Shown: positions 39,211 to 49,408, counted from the first letter of the stretch. The stretch: DNA of 64,000 nt from Candidatus Aenigmatarchaeota archaeon (GCA_038998335.1 JAVZHQ010000001.1:448001-512000), one strand, 5' to 3'. Numbers and translations are program-made. The notes: a model not told the origin generated them from the sequence alone.

Positions 39211-41924
39211 TTTTCTCCTCCTGTTTCCCCAACCCTTTCCATAACTTTTTTGTGTAGCTCCAATAATAATTTTTTCCTGTCTTCCATTAAAACTACGTCG
39301 CTTTCACCAAGAGCTATTAGCGAATGAGAGAAAGGACTTGGAACATTACTTTCAGGTAAAAATTCATACTTCATTCTTCCTTTTTCCACTTGCTCCAAAA
39401 CCCATTTTGCATGCTCTAAATCCATAAAATCTTGCATTACTTCACGATAAGTTTCTTCCACAACAGGAAAATTTTCAAATTTCTCGCAAACTCTTAGCAA
39501 GCGATCAGCATTCATTTGTTGCCTAGCAACTTTTATCTCGTAACCTTTATAATTTCTCAGAATCATCAAGCTTCGAGTAGCACAATGCCTGAAACGCCTT
39601 TTTATCAGCTCTGTTTGTCTTAAAGCTTTTCTCAAAACTTCTTCAAGCTCAGAAGATTTCAACAGCTTAACTAACTCCTTAGGATCAATTCTTTCTTCCT
39701 CTCTTCTCTTTATTTTTGCTTTTAAAGTTATCAAATCGAGCCACTCGCTTCCTATGCTTTCTGAAGGAATTGAAATTACAAAACCATTATCGCTAACCGT
39801 TAAGCCTACAGATTTTTTAATCTTTTTTGTTAGCAAATAACCAAAAGCTCTTGATAAAGCGTCGTTTATTCTTCTTCCAAACAAAGTGTGAAAAATTATG
39901 TTTTGGTTTCCTTTTTCATCGATATAATTTTCGATTAAAATTGTTTTTTCGTCAGGTAAATTCTTTGCTCCTAGCGATTTAAGGAATTTATATTCCCAGA
40001 GAAAGTATTCATAAATTGAATTTGCACTCCACTCGTCAAGATAATAATTTTTTAATAGCCATTTTATTACTTCTTTCTTGCTTTTGTTTTTTACTAGCTT
40101 GAACATTTTCCCTCTAAACTCTTGAATTTTTAGAGCAAGCTCAAAGCTTAGAGGAAGCATTTCTGAAAACCAGGCAGGAACTGTAGGTCTTTTTTCTTTT
40201 ACTGGTTTAACAAAAGCAGTCACTTGCCTTGCTTTAATAAATTCATAAGTTTTTCCTGCTAAAACAAAAATATCTCCTGGCAAAAGCCTTTGCAGGAATT
40301 CTTCCTCTATCGAACCAATATATCTTCCGTCTAAACTTCTAACTTTTATTTTCACTTCATCTGGTATTGTTCCTATATTTAAAGAGTAAATTACCCTTGC
40401 ATATTTTCCTCTTCTCCCAAACATCATATCCTTAGGATCAAACCAGATTTTTGCATAAACTTTCTTATCTTCTAGAGTATGGTAAGCTCCTGACAAAAAT
40501 TCTAAAACAGAAACAAAATCCTCCCATTTTAAGTTTCTGTAGCAATAAGAGTTTCTTATAAGGTTAAAAGCTTCCTTTACATTCCATTTCTTTTCCAAAC
40601 TCATTCCCATCAAGTGCTGAGCTAAAACGTCAAGACAATTTTCTGGGATTTGGATTTTGTCTAAGAAGTAGCGATAAGCTTGCTGAATCATTACTGCACA
40701 TTCTACCAAATCATCCCTATCCATGCAAATTATTCTTCCTTTTGAAACTTCGTGCAAGCGATGGCCTGCCCTTCCTATTCTTTGAATGCATCTTGTAATG
40801 CTTTTTGGGCTTCCAAGCTGGCAAACTAAATCTATATAGCCTATATCTATCCCTAATTCAAGACTTGTGCTTGAAACCACAACTTTTAACTTTCCGTTCT
40901 TAAGTTTATCCTCTATTTCTAGCCTTATTTCACGAGAAACTGAGCTGTGATGGGCTCCTATTTGCTCGTCTGTATAGACTTCTGGGAACATTTGTTTTAA
41001 GTGATGCACGCATCTTTCAGTTCCGCTTCGCGTATTAGTGAAAACTAGGGTAGTGCGATGCTGTTGAATTAACTTATCTAAAAGCTTGTACATGCTATTT
41101 GTTATGGTTTCGGCTTGTGTGTAAACTAAGTCTTTTACTGGAGAAAGAAGTTTTATGTCTAAAGGTTTAACAAATCTTGCATCAATTATTTTACAATCTC
41201 TCTCTTTCCCGTTTTCATAACCAACTAAAAACTTTGCAACCTCTTTCAAAGGTTCGAGCGTGGCTCCCATACCTATTCTTACAAAAGGTTTTCCAACAAA
41301 ATTTTGAAGTCTTTCTAAACTTAAGCTTAAATGTACTCCACGCTTAGAATTAGCTAACTCATGAATCTCGTCAACTATAACCCATCTTACTTTTTTAAAT
41401 TTTTCTTTAAACTTTCTTGTCGACAAAACTATTGCTATGGTTTCAGGCGTAGTCACAAGAATGTGGGGCGGAAGCCTAAGCTGCTTTTGCTTTTCATGAG
41501 GTGAAACATCTCCTGTTCTCACTGCAATCCTAACTTCAGGTAATTCTATTCCCATTTCTTTTGCTATTTCTTTTATTTCTTTCAAAGGAATTATTAGGTT
41601 TTTGTATATGTCGTTATCTAAAGCTTTGAGCGGAGAAATGTAAACGCAATAAATAACATCTTCTAATTCCTTCTTTTCACCAAGGATAAAAAGCTCATCA
41701 ATTATTGCCAAAAAAGAGCTTAAAGTTTTGCCTATTCCTGTTGGAGCAGTAATCAAAACATTTTCTCCTTTTTTTATTAAAGGGATGGAAAACTTTTGTG
41801 GCAAGGTTAATTGCTTAAAATTTCTTTTAAACCATTCTCTAACATAAGGTCTAAGTAAAGCTAAAACTTTCTCATCTTTCGGCAATTTTTTTGTGTTAAC
41901 AAAGCCTATCATGGAAACGCGCAT
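39207..41924 (-). CDS. lhr: Lhr-family ATP-dependent helicase
   Basis: APTGIGKT, SPLKALDND, DEIH, SKRG, SLELGIDIG, QRIGRAGH, GTIPD. Confidence 0.93.
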   Translation of the reverse strand: MRVSMIGFVNTKKLPKDEKVLALLRPYVREWFKRNFKQLTLPQKFSIPLIKKGENVLITAPTGIGKTLSSFLAIIDELFILGEKKELEDVIYCVYISPLKALDNDIYKNLIIPLKEIKEIAKEMGIELPEVRIAVRTGDVSPHEKQKQLRLPPHILVTTPETIAIVLSTRKFKEKFKKVRWVIVDEIHELANSKRGVHLSLSLERLQNFVGKPFVRIGMGATLEPLKEVAKFLVGYENGKERDCKIIDARFVKPLDIKLLSPVKDLVYTQAETITNSMYKLLDKLIQQHRTTLVFTNTRSGTERCVHHLKQMFPEVYTDEQIGAHHSSVSREIRLEIEDKLKNGKLKVVVSSTSLELGIDIGYIDLVCQLGSPKSITRCIQRIGRAGHRLHEVSKGRIICMDRDDLVECAVMIQQAYRYFLDKIQIPENCLDVLAQHLMGMSLEKKWNVKEAFNLIRNSYCYRNLKWEDFVSVLEFLSGAYHTLEDKKVYAKIWFDPKDMMFGRRGKYARVIYSLNIGTIPDEVKIKVRSLDGRYIGSIEEEFLQRLLPGDIFVLAGKTYEFIKARQVTAFVKPVKEKRPTVPAWFSEMLPLSFELALKIQEFRGKMFKLVKNKSKKEVIKWLLKNYYLDEWSANSIYEYFLWEYKFLKSLGAKNLPDEKTILIENYIDEKGNQNIIFHTLFGRRINDALSRAFGYLLTKKIKKSVGLTVSDNGFVISIPSESIGSEWLDLITLKAKIKRREEERIDPKELVKLLKSSELEEVLRKALRQTELIKRRFRHCATRSLMILRNYKGYEIKVARQQMNADRLLRVCEKFENFPVVEETYREVMQDFMDLEHAKWVLEQVEKGRMKYEFLPESNVPSPFSHSLIALGESDVVLMEDRKKLLLELHKKVMERVGETGGEK

Positions 41925-41974
41925 ATTATATGAAAAAAAGAAAAGATAAAGTTTACTGTTTTCTTATAGTAATC

Positions 41975-43081
41975 ATGGGAGTTTGTAAAATTTGCAAGAA
42001 AGAGTCTGAACTAATTTCTTCTTTTTTAGGGCTTTGTAGAGAGTGCATTCTTGGAAAAAAGGAAAAGGCAATAGAAATTGCTAAAAAAGCGCATGAAATT
42101 TCAAGAAAAAAATTTGGCTTAACTCCTTTTGTTCCTAAAGGCCCTGGATTGCAATGCTTTGGTTGTGGGAATGAATGCAAAATTCCTGAGGGAAGCAAAG
42201 GGTATTGTGGCTTGGTTGAGAATAAGAATGGAAAGCTAATAAGGTATGCAGGCGATGCTGAAAAAGGTTTGTTAGAATGGTATTATGATGCTTTACCAAC
42301 AAATTGCGTAAGCATAAACTTTTGTCCTGGAGGTACTGGAATAGGTTATCCAAAATATGCTAAGTGTAAAAGTGCGGAAATAGGTTATTATAATCTTGCG
42401 GTTTTTTATGGAGCTTGCAACTTTAATTGCTTGTTCTGCCAAAACTGGCATTTCAAGCATTTAACTCAGGAATTAAAACCATTAGTTTCTGCAAAAGAGC
42501 TTGCAAGCAAAGTTAACAAAAAGGTTAATTGCATTTGTTACTTTGGGGGAACTCCTGAACCTCAGTTAATTCATGCAATAGAAACTTCTAAGCTTGCTTT
42601 GGAAAAAAAGAAAAACGAGATTTTAAGAATTTGTTTAGAATCTAACGGAAACGCTAATTGGAAATTACTAAAAAAATTTGCTAAGATTTCTTTTGAAACA
42701 GGAGGGAACATAAAGTTTGACTTAAAGTTTCCTAAAAAATCAGCTTTAAACCTTGCTCTTTGCGGCATAGACAATAAAAAAACTTACGAGAATTTTAAGA
42801 AATTGGCAAAATTTCACAAGAAGAGAGAGATTCCTTTTTTAACAGCAAGCACTTTGCTTGTTCCAGGTTATGTTACAGAAGAAGAAATAAGGGAAATTGC
42901 AAGCTTTATTTCAAGCTTGGACAAAAGCATTCCTTATTCTTTGCTTGCCTTTTATCCTCATTTCATGCTAAAGGATTTACCCTTAACTTCAAGAAAATTA
43001 GCTGAGAATTGCTTAAAAATTGCAAAGGAAGAAGGTTTGGAAAATGTGAGAATTGGGAACGAGCATTTGCTTGTGGATTAG
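41975..43081 (+). CDS. Radical SAM protein (PFL-activating/AmmeMemoRadiSam-like)
   Basis: CNFNCLFC; N-terminal Cys clusters; LLVPGY; VRIGN. Confidence 0.85.
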   Translation: MGVCKICKKESELISSFLGLCRECILGKKEKAIEIAKKAHEISRKKFGLTPFVPKGPGLQCFGCGNECKIPEGSKGYCGLVENKNGKLIRYAGDAEKGLLEWYYDALPTNCVSINFCPGGTGIGYPKYAKCKSAEIGYYNLAVFYGACNFNCLFCQNWHFKHLTQELKPLVSAKELASKVNKKVNCICYFGGTPEPQLIHAIETSKLALEKKKNEILRICLESNGNANWKLLKKFAKISFETGGNIKFDLKFPKKSALNLALCGIDNKKTYENFKKLAKFHKKREIPFLTASTLLVPGYVTEEEIREIASFISSLDKSIPYSLLAFYPHFMLKDLPLTSRKLAENCLKIAKEEGLENVRIGNEHLLVD

Positions 43082-43082
43082 T

Positions 43083-43694
43083 ATGAGTATAAAAGAAGAA
43101 AAAGCAAAGTTAAGGGAAAAGATTTGGAAGATTATGGAAGAAAAAAATATAGCAAGATTTCCTCTTCCTGTTCGCGATAAAATACCAAACTTTGAAGGAA
43201 GTGAAAAGGCTGCAGAAAAAATTAGAGAATTAGAGGTTTATAAAATGGCAAAGATTATTTTTGCAAACCCTGATTATGCGCAGAAAAAGATAAGGGAGTT
43301 TGCTCTTAAAGATGGGAAATTGCTGATAATGGCAACTCCAAGGCTTAAGCAAGGTTATCTTTTGATAGAGCCAGAAAAGGTTAAGGGAAAGGAAGAGTTT
43401 GCTTCAACTATAAAAGGTGCTTTTTTGCTAGGAAAAAGAGCAAAAGAAATACCAAAACCTGATTTGTTAATTACTGGTTGTGTGGCTGTGGACAAAAAAG
43501 GGAATAGACTTGGTAAAGGTTATGGCTATGGAGATAGGGAAATAAAATTTTTTCTTGAAAAGTTTGGCAAGATTCCTGTTTTAACTACAGTTCATGATGC
43601 TCAAATAGTTGATTCTGTGCCTATAGAAAAAGAAGATGCAAAAGTTGATATCATAGTTACTCCTAGCAAAATAATTGAGGTGAAAGATGAGTAA
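43083..43694 (+). CDS. 5-formyltetrahydrofolate cyclo-ligase family protein
   Basis: KIPNFEGS, NPD..Q, TPRL, G.RLGKG.GYGD, VHD.Q, D.IVTP. Confidence 0.87.
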   Translation: MSIKEEKAKLREKIWKIMEEKNIARFPLPVRDKIPNFEGSEKAAEKIRELEVYKMAKIIFANPDYAQKKIREFALKDGKLLIMATPRLKQGYLLIEPEKVKGKEEFASTIKGAFLLGKRAKEIPKPDLLITGCVAVDKKGNRLGKGYGYGDREIKFFLEKFGKIPVLTTVHDAQIVDSVPIEKEDAKVDIIVTPSKIIEVKDE

Positions 43695-44472
43695 GGTTGT
43701 GATTGCAGAAGGAAAGGATATAGTAAAAAGAACTTACCTTGCTTTAAAAGAGCTCAAGCTAAAAATGCCAGAAGAAGGAGAAAAAATTTTGATAAAGCCA
43801 AACTTAGTCGAGCCTATGCCAAACTATTCAGGAGCAATAACAAGGAAAGAAGTGATTGAAGGGATAATTCAGTTTTTTGATGATAAGAAGTATGAGATTT
43901 TGATAGGCGAAGGTGCAGCAATTTTTGATACTGAAGAATGTTTTGAAAAGGCAAACTATTATGAGCTAGAAGAGAAGTATAAAGTGAAGCTTGTGAATTT
44001 AAACAAAGATGAGTTTATAGCAGTAAAAGGAAAATATTGGGATTTTGAAATTTCTAAAATTGCAAAAGAATCTTATTTAATTTCTGCCGCAGTCTTGAAA
44101 GAGCATGCTTTCAAAGTAACTTTAAGCCTGAAAAATTTGATGGGGATTTTAAAACCAAAAGGAAGTTATCCTGTAAAATCTTACATTCATAAGGAAAATG
44201 ATGAAAAAATTTGGGCAGAAAGGCTTTGCGATTTGATAAGAGTAGCGAAACCAAAGCTAGCAATAATAGATGCAACTACTGCAATGTTTGGCTCGCATTT
44301 ATACGGAAGGCTTAAGAGCTTAAACTTAACCTTAGCTAGTGAAGATGCCTTAGCTTGTGATTTAGTTGGAGCAAAGCTTTTGGGTTATGAAAAAGTTTTT
44401 TACTTGGACTTAGCTTTAAAAGAAAAACTTGGAAGAAAACCTTCAGAAGTAAAAGAGATAAAATTAATTTAG
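43687..44472 (+). CDS. DUF362 family protein
   Basis: ILIKPNLV, LKEH...TLSLKNLMG, D.LA.D. Confidence 0.85.
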   Translation: MSKVVIAEGKDIVKRTYLALKELKLKMPEEGEKILIKPNLVEPMPNYSGAITRKEVIEGIIQFFDDKKYEILIGEGAAIFDTEECFEKANYYELEEKYKVKLVNLNKDEFIAVKGKYWDFEISKIAKESYLISAAVLKEHAFKVTLSLKNLMGILKPKGSYPVKSYIHKENDEKIWAERLCDLIRVAKPKLAIIDATTAMFGSHLYGRLKSLNLTLASEDALACDLVGAKLLGYEKVFYLDLALKEKLGRKPSEVKEIKLI

Positions 44473-44867
44473 TAAAGAGATTTGGAGTAATCCTCAAAAG
44501 GAACGATCAAACCTTTTTGGATCATAGGCTTTACTACATGTTTGTACTCTATCCTTCTTCCTTCTTGGTTGATTTCCATCCCAAGCGTTAACAAATCTTT
44601 AGGTTGAAGGCTTAAAATTCTTAAGATAAGAAGTTCAAGTTGAACTTTTCTAACTTTTCTTGCCTTCATTTTGCCCATGTAAGGAAGATTATAAGAGCTT
44701 ACGCTGCTTGCAATTTTTTCCATGTATTCCTTACCTTTTTGTGTAATGAAATAGGGTATTTTTGGGTCAAGCCCTAGTTTCTCTAAAGCTTCTAACTTAT
44801 TTTTTAAGTTATACCACTCTTTAAGGCTAAAGCGCTTTTCTGACTTTGAAACACAAATCGACATCAT
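44469..44867 (-). CDS. Hypothetical protein
   Basis: 132-aa ORF filling the gap; possible winged-helix remnants (YFITQKG). Confidence 0.6.
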   Translation of the reverse strand: MMSICVSKSEKRFSLKEWYNLKNKLEALEKLGLDPKIPYFITQKGKEYMEKIASSVSSYNLPYMGKMKARKVRKVQLELLILRILSLQPKDLLTLGMEINQEGRRIEYKHVVKPMIQKGLIVPFEDYSKSLY

Positions 44868-44919
44868 TTTTTAATATACATTAAAAATTTAAGTTGATTT
44901 TGTGAGATTATTGAAGAAT

Positions 44920-45654
44920 ATGATCAATTTTCCTTTTAATCCAATAAAAAGAGCGGAAGAAGTTGAAAAAGTTGTAATGAAAGATTTGGAAAGGAAGTAC
45001 TATCGTTTTAGGTATGCTAGCTATTATGGAGGAATAGCAACTGCTGACACTATAGGATGCTGCTTTCTTTGCGCTTATTGCTGGAATTACTTTAAAAATT
45101 TAAAGCCAGAAAGATTCGGAGAATTTTATTCTCCAGAAGAAGTTAGCAAGAAAATTTTGGAAATAGTTGAGAAAAAAAGCTTGGATAGAGTTAGAATTAG
45201 TGGAGCAGAACCAATTTTGGGAGAAAAATCTTTTGACCATTTAGAAAAAGTGATTCAAGAAATTTATGAAAGAAAATCTAGCTTAGATTTTATTCTTGAA
45301 ACTAATGGCCTAATTCTTGGCTTGAACAAAAAATTTTGTTCAAGGCTAGCTAAATATCCTTTAGCTGTAAGAATTTCTGTTAAAGGTTGGGATGAAAAAA
45401 GTTTTGAGAGAATTTCTGGTGCAGAAGGAAAATTCTTTATTTATCAACTAAAGGCAATAAAAAACTTGCAGGATTTTGGTTTAGAAGCATGGCCTGCTGT
45501 CATGTATGAAATTTTTGGAAGAAAAGAGATTGAAATTTTGGAAGAAAAATTAAGAGAAATTGGAGTAGAAAGTAGAATAGAAGTTGAGTACTTAGAAAAA
45601 TATCCTTTTGTTGTCGAAAATTTAGAGAAAAGGGGGATAATTCTCAAAAGTTGA
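44920..45654 (+). CDS. Radical SAM protein
   Basis: YGGIATAD..GCCFLCAYCW, RISGAEP, ILETNG. Confidence 0.88.
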   Translation: MINFPFNPIKRAEEVEKVVMKDLERKYYRFRYASYYGGIATADTIGCCFLCAYCWNYFKNLKPERFGEFYSPEEVSKKILEIVEKKSLDRVRISGAEPILGEKSFDHLEKVIQEIYERKSSLDFILETNGLILGLNKKFCSRLAKYPLAVRISVKGWDEKSFERISGAEGKFFIYQLKAIKNLQDFGLEAWPAVMYEIFGRKEIEILEEKLREIGVESRIEVEYLEKYPFVVENLEKRGIILKS

Positions 45655-46177
45655 AGTTAAAATAAGAGTTTTGTTCCTTGAGAAAAAGTGAAAAGCTACT
45701 TGTTTCAAATTTTTTTGGATAATTTATCTTCATTCTTTTTGCTCTTTCCAAATCTTCAGGTTTGATATCGTCTGCTACTAAGGTTAAGTGAGGAAAATAG
45801 TTTTCCATTTCTTTATAGCTTCTATCTTTTCTGTCGCTGTATTTTTTAAGCGAAAGAACCAATTTTTTGTGTAGCTCGAGTAGCTTTTCACTTTTATTAA
45901 CAGAAATGTAGATTCCTGGTATATCTTCTCTGCTCCCGTAAAACCTTAAATTTTCAAGCTCGATCGAAAAAGGTTTTGTAGTTCTAGCTACATGTTCAAG
46001 CTCTTGCTTAATTTTCTCTAGTTTGCTTTCATTTATTTTTCCCAAGGATTTCAAAGTTATGTGAGGCTTGTAGTCTAGGGCTTTTGAAGTATTGAAAAAA
46101 GAATTTAGTTCTTTCATTAGTTCTTCCAACTCAGAGAGAATCGGTTCTGGAGGAATGATCATAACTACAGCGTACAT
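45644..46177 (-). CDS. 2H phosphoesterase (2'-5' RNA ligase family)
   Basis: Two HxT motifs (PHITL, PHLTL). Confidence 0.88.
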   Translation of the reverse strand: MYAVVMIIPPEPILSELEELMKELNSFFNTSKALDYKPHITLKSLGKINESKLEKIKQELEHVARTTKPFSIELENLRFYGSREDIPGIYISVNKSEKLLELHKKLVLSLKKYSDRKDRSYKEMENYFPHLTLVADDIKPEDLERAKRMKINYPKKFETSSFSLFLKEQNSYFNFNF

Positions 46178-46206
46178 AAAAAAGATTTAAATAAAAAAAT
46201 TTAAAT

Positions 46207-46956
46207 ATGGAAGTTTTTGTTGGATGTTGCGGTTTTCCAATTTCCATGAAAAAGTACTTTCAAGAGTTTTCTTTAGTAGAAATCCAGCAAACCTTTTATA
46301 AACTTCCTGAAATTAAAACTGTTGAAAAGTGGAAAAGAGATGCTCCTAAAAATTTTATTTTCACTGTTAAAGCTTTCCAAGCTTTAACTCATCCTATTTC
46401 AAGCCCAACTTGGAAGAGGAGCGGACTAAAAGAAGAGGAAATGAAAAAATTAAAGGATAAGGTTGGTTTTTTAAAACCTACAAAAGAAGTTTTTGATTTT
46501 TGGAAGAAAGTTTTAGAAATTTGTAAGGTTTTGTCTTCGCCTGTTTGTTTAATTCAATTGCCAGCAAGCTTTAAGGAAAATGAGGAAAATAAGAGAAATG
46601 CTGAAAAGTTCTTCTCAAAAATTGAAAGGGATAATATTTCAATTGCTTTAGAGTTAAGAGGCTGGAGCAAAGAAGGGTTTAAGGAAATTTGTAAAAAATT
46701 TGATTTGGTTTCTTGCGTTGATCCTTTAGCTTCTGAACCTTTTTACTTTTCTAGCAAAAAAATTGCCTATTTTAGGCTTCATGGGAAGTATGAGAAAGGA
46801 AGAATTGATTACAAGCATAAGTATAGCGAAGAAGAATTAAAAAGACTTAAGGAAATCGTTGAGAATTTGAAAGTTAAGCAAGCTTTTGTTCTTTTCAACA
46901 ATGTTTTCATGTATGAAAACGCTACCCAGTTTCAGAAGTTTTTCAAGAAGATTTAA
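46207..46956 (+). CDS. DUF72 family protein
   Basis: VEIQQTFY, FTVKA, QLPASF, YFRLHG, LFNN. Confidence 0.9.
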   Translation: MEVFVGCCGFPISMKKYFQEFSLVEIQQTFYKLPEIKTVEKWKRDAPKNFIFTVKAFQALTHPISSPTWKRSGLKEEEMKKLKDKVGFLKPTKEVFDFWKKVLEICKVLSSPVCLIQLPASFKENEENKRNAEKFFSKIERDNISIALELRGWSKEGFKEICKKFDLVSCVDPLASEPFYFSSKKIAYFRLHGKYEKGRIDYKHKYSEEELKRLKEIVENLKVKQAFVLFNNVFMYENATQFQKFFKKI

Positions 46957-46976
46957 AAACTAAAAAAATAAAAAAA

Positions 46977-47681
46977 TTAAGCCCCGTAAAGTATTTGCAA
47001 TCCTGTGATGTCTGGTTGCTCAAGAGTTCTTTTTTGGATTTCTCCGTAATCAGAGTAGCCATACATTGTTACTTCTGAGCAAGCATCCTGGTAAACGTCT
47101 CCTAAGCCAACTGCATGGCCTAGCTCGTGAGTTGCAATGTTTTGCAAATCCATTTTGCTTGAATCTTGAGTTGCGTCTCCCCATTCATAATCTGTATCAA
47201 ACATTATGTCAAACTCCACTATTTCCCTTGTTCTTGAGTTATACCAAACAGTTGTTACTGCTATCACTCCTGAAGTTGGGTAATTTCCAAAGGTTATCGC
47301 GTTTTTGTAATCTTGCACGCCATAAGCTACTGAATAATCTATAGAGGAAAAGTTGTTCATAAGCTCTTTGCTTGTTGCTGCGTCCCAAGTTTCTGCAGCA
47401 TCAAATATTGCAGATTTTATGAAATCTTCTGAAAGACCTTGAGGGTTTGTTGGGTTGATCACATAGCTAACTGTTGAAGGCCATTTTACTCTCAACGGTG
47501 AAAGGAACTTGTAGCAAGTAGGTTGTTTTGCTCTTGCGGTTATAGTGTTTCCTTTCCAGTGAATGAATTCTATTTTTTCTAAAGGTTCTCTAGGCTTAGC
47601 TTCTGCTTTTGCTGAAAAGAATACTGCAATTGCTGAAACTAATAGCAAGCTTACTAAAAATGCAAAAAGCAGTTTTTTCAT
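46977..47681 (-). CDS. Secreted metzincin (matrixin-like) metalloprotease
   Basis: Signal peptide; HELGHAVGLGD zinc motif; Met-turn TMY. Confidence 0.88.
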   Translation of the reverse strand: MKKLLFAFLVSLLLVSAIAVFFSAKAEAKPREPLEKIEFIHWKGNTITARAKQPTCYKFLSPLRVKWPSTVSYVINPTNPQGLSEDFIKSAIFDAAETWDAATSKELMNNFSSIDYSVAYGVQDYKNAITFGNYPTSGVIAVTTVWYNSRTREIVEFDIMFDTDYEWGDATQDSSKMDLQNIATHELGHAVGLGDVYQDACSEVTMYGYSDYGEIQKRTLEQPDITGLQILYGA

Positions 47682-47762
47682 TTTCTCACTTTAAGAAATT
47701 ATAAATGTTTATTTTTAAATAGTTTGATAAAACTTATTTAACTTGGAAACAAGAAGAAAATT

Positions 47763-48098
47763 ATGAAGAAAAAGTTTATTTCTTATTTCCTAACTTTTTT
47801 GCTTGGTTTAGTGTGTGTAATAACAATAGGATATACTCTTGGCTTTTTTCCAAAAACTTCTGTTGAAGAAAAAAATAAATTGTGCTTAAGTGAGAATGAA
47901 ACTTTATACTCGAGATATGAAGGGCCAGAAAAGGATAACGAATGCACAAAAGATGAAGATTGCAAGATAAGCGGTTGTAGTTCGGAAATATGCCATTCTG
48001 AACGTTTATTTTCAGCCTGTGAATTAATTACTACTCCTATAGATTTAGGTTGTACTGCTTGTAAGTGTGTTAAAGGAAAATGTAAATGGGTAAGATAA
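47763..48098 (+). CDS. Membrane-anchored eight-cysteine-cluster domain protein
   Basis: N-terminal TM; C..D.DC...GCS.EIC...CE...C..C.C..G.C.W. Confidence 0.75.
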   Translation: MKKKFISYFLTFLLGLVCVITIGYTLGFFPKTSVEEKNKLCLSENETLYSRYEGPEKDNECTKDEDCKISGCSSEICHSERLFSACELITTPIDLGCTACKCVKGKCKWVR

Positions 48099-48132
48099 TT
48101 TTTGCAATCAACAGAAGTGAATTTCCGTTAAA

Positions 48133-48160
48133 TTTATATAGAAGTGCCATACGTATGACA
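48133..48160 (+). promoter_or_regulatory. TATA box followed by a palindromic operator-like site
   Basis: TTTATATA at 48133-48140; TGCCATACGTATGACA at 48145-48160 with perfect core CATACGTATG. Confidence 0.5.
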
Positions 48161-48179
48161 TTCCTAAGGTGAACTAAAA

Positions 48180-48275
48180 ATGAATTTCATTTTAGCTTTT
48201 GACATCCCAAGAGAGAATACAACGCTAGAAAAGAGAATAAACGCTAAAAATTTCTTTCAAAGAAATAAAAAATAA
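48180..48275 (+). pseudogene. Truncated Cas2-like/PaaX-type ferredoxin-fold gene remnant
   Basis: GGTGA SD, then MNFILAFDIPRENTTLEKRINAKNFFQRNKK*; the hydrophobic-FDIP start resembles Cas2/PaaX domains. Confidence 0.45.
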
Positions 48276-48298
48276 AGAAAAAAAGACTTCATCCAAAT

Positions 48299-48655
48299 TT
48301 ATTCAGTCTCTTCTTCGGTTTCTTCTTCTGGGATTTCTTCCGGCTCTTCCTCTGGCTCCTCGGTCTCTTCTTCCGGAACTTCTTCAGGCTCTTCTGTTTC
48401 TTCTTCAGCTTTAGCCTCTGAAACCTTCTCTCCTATCGCAAACCTGTTTCTCACTTCTTTTATTCTTATGTGAGCCTTTTCTCCTTTCTTTGTGTTTCCC
48501 ACAAAGACTACAAAGTTCTTTATTCTTGCTATTCCGTCGCCTTTTGAGCCGACTTCATTTATTTCTACATCGTACTCTTCCCCAACCTTTATTGGTTTGG
48601 GAAGGTTTGTGCTTTGACCAAACCTTTTAAAACCCCTTCTTTCAAACCTTGGCAT
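48299..48655 (-). CDS. Single TRAM-domain RNA-binding protein with acidic tail
   Basis: P.KVGEEYDVEI..VGSKGDGIARI..FVVFV; GGAGG SD. Confidence 0.9.
   Translation of the reverse strand: MPRFERRGFKRFGQSTNLPKPIKVGEEYDVEINEVGSKGDGIARIKNFVVFVGNTKKGEKAHIRIKEVRNRFAIGEKVSEAKAEEETEEPEEVPEEETEEPEEEPEEIPEEETEEETE
48302..48406 (-). repeat. Low-complexity EEETE/EPEE repeats
   Basis: EEETEEPEEVPEEETEEPEEEPEEIPEEETEEETE. Confidence 0.75.
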
Positions 48656-48674
48656 TTTAAAACCTCCTTTCCTT

Positions 48675-48704
48675 ATCTACTCAGAAATAGAAATCTGAGT
48701 AGAT
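48675..48704 (-). promoter_or_regulatory. Perfect 11-bp hairpin in the TRAM gene leader
   Basis: ATCTACTCAGA-N8-TCTGAGTAGAT, just upstream of the SD. Confidence 0.55.
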
Positions 48705-48850
48705 TTAGTTAAGAAAAAGCATTATCCTTACTTCTCAACCTCCACTTATTTCTTCTTGTTTGATATATTTAAGCTTATCGCTACTTAAAAGTGAGTAGAT
48801 TTAAAAACAAGTTAGTAAAGTTTAAAGCTTTTACTTCCTAAGTTTTTTTG

Positions 48851-49408
48851 ATGCCCGAAAGCAATAAAGTAGAGGAAGTTTACATAGATGCTGTGAAAAA
48901 GCTAAGGGCAAGCTTTCCAAAGTTTGTTATCTTCTTGGGCTTAGCTTACATAGTATGGCTTCTTTATTCCCATTTCTTCTTCCAGCTAAGCAAAGAAAGC
49001 ACTTTGGGAAATATAGAAGTTGCAAGGCTTGATAGCTTAATAATAATCTCAGCAACTTTAATCTTAATTATTGCCTCTTTTATCGAGATAAAAAACGTTG
49101 CAGATGCTTGCGCAGGCTTAGTAACTTCTTACATTTCTTCAGAAGGAAAAATAGAAGAAATAAGAGTAGCAAAAGTAAGAAGAGCTTTCAGAACAACTTT
49201 TTACATTCTGCCTTTCACCATAGCTTACTTGATGTTTTCTAATCTTTTTGAGCAAGTTTTTCCTTTGCTAACAACCATAATTCCTTTGATTATAGTAATC
49301 TGGGTTGTTATAGCATCTATTATGCTAGCTATGGTTTTAGGTTTGGAATTGGAGGAGGCTGCAAAGAATTTTGTTGAAAGGTTAAGAAAAATAAAACCAA
49401 AAAAGTGA
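48851..49408 (+). CDS. Four-TM membrane protein of unknown function
   Basis: Four hydrophobic helices. Confidence 0.8.
   Translation: MPESNKVEEVYIDAVKKLRASFPKFVIFLGLAYIVWLLYSHFFFQLSKESTLGNIEVARLDSLIIISATLILIIASFIEIKNVADACAGLVTSYISSEGKIEEIRVAKVRRAFRTTFYILPFTIAYLMFSNLFEQVFPLLTTIIPLIIVIWVVIASIMLAMVLGLELEEAAKNFVERLRKIKPKK

Noticed and set aside
48302-48406. Repetitive DNA resembling a short array
   Set aside because: Encodes the acidic TRAM tail; there is no repeat-spacer structure. No CRISPR array was seen anywhere in the window.
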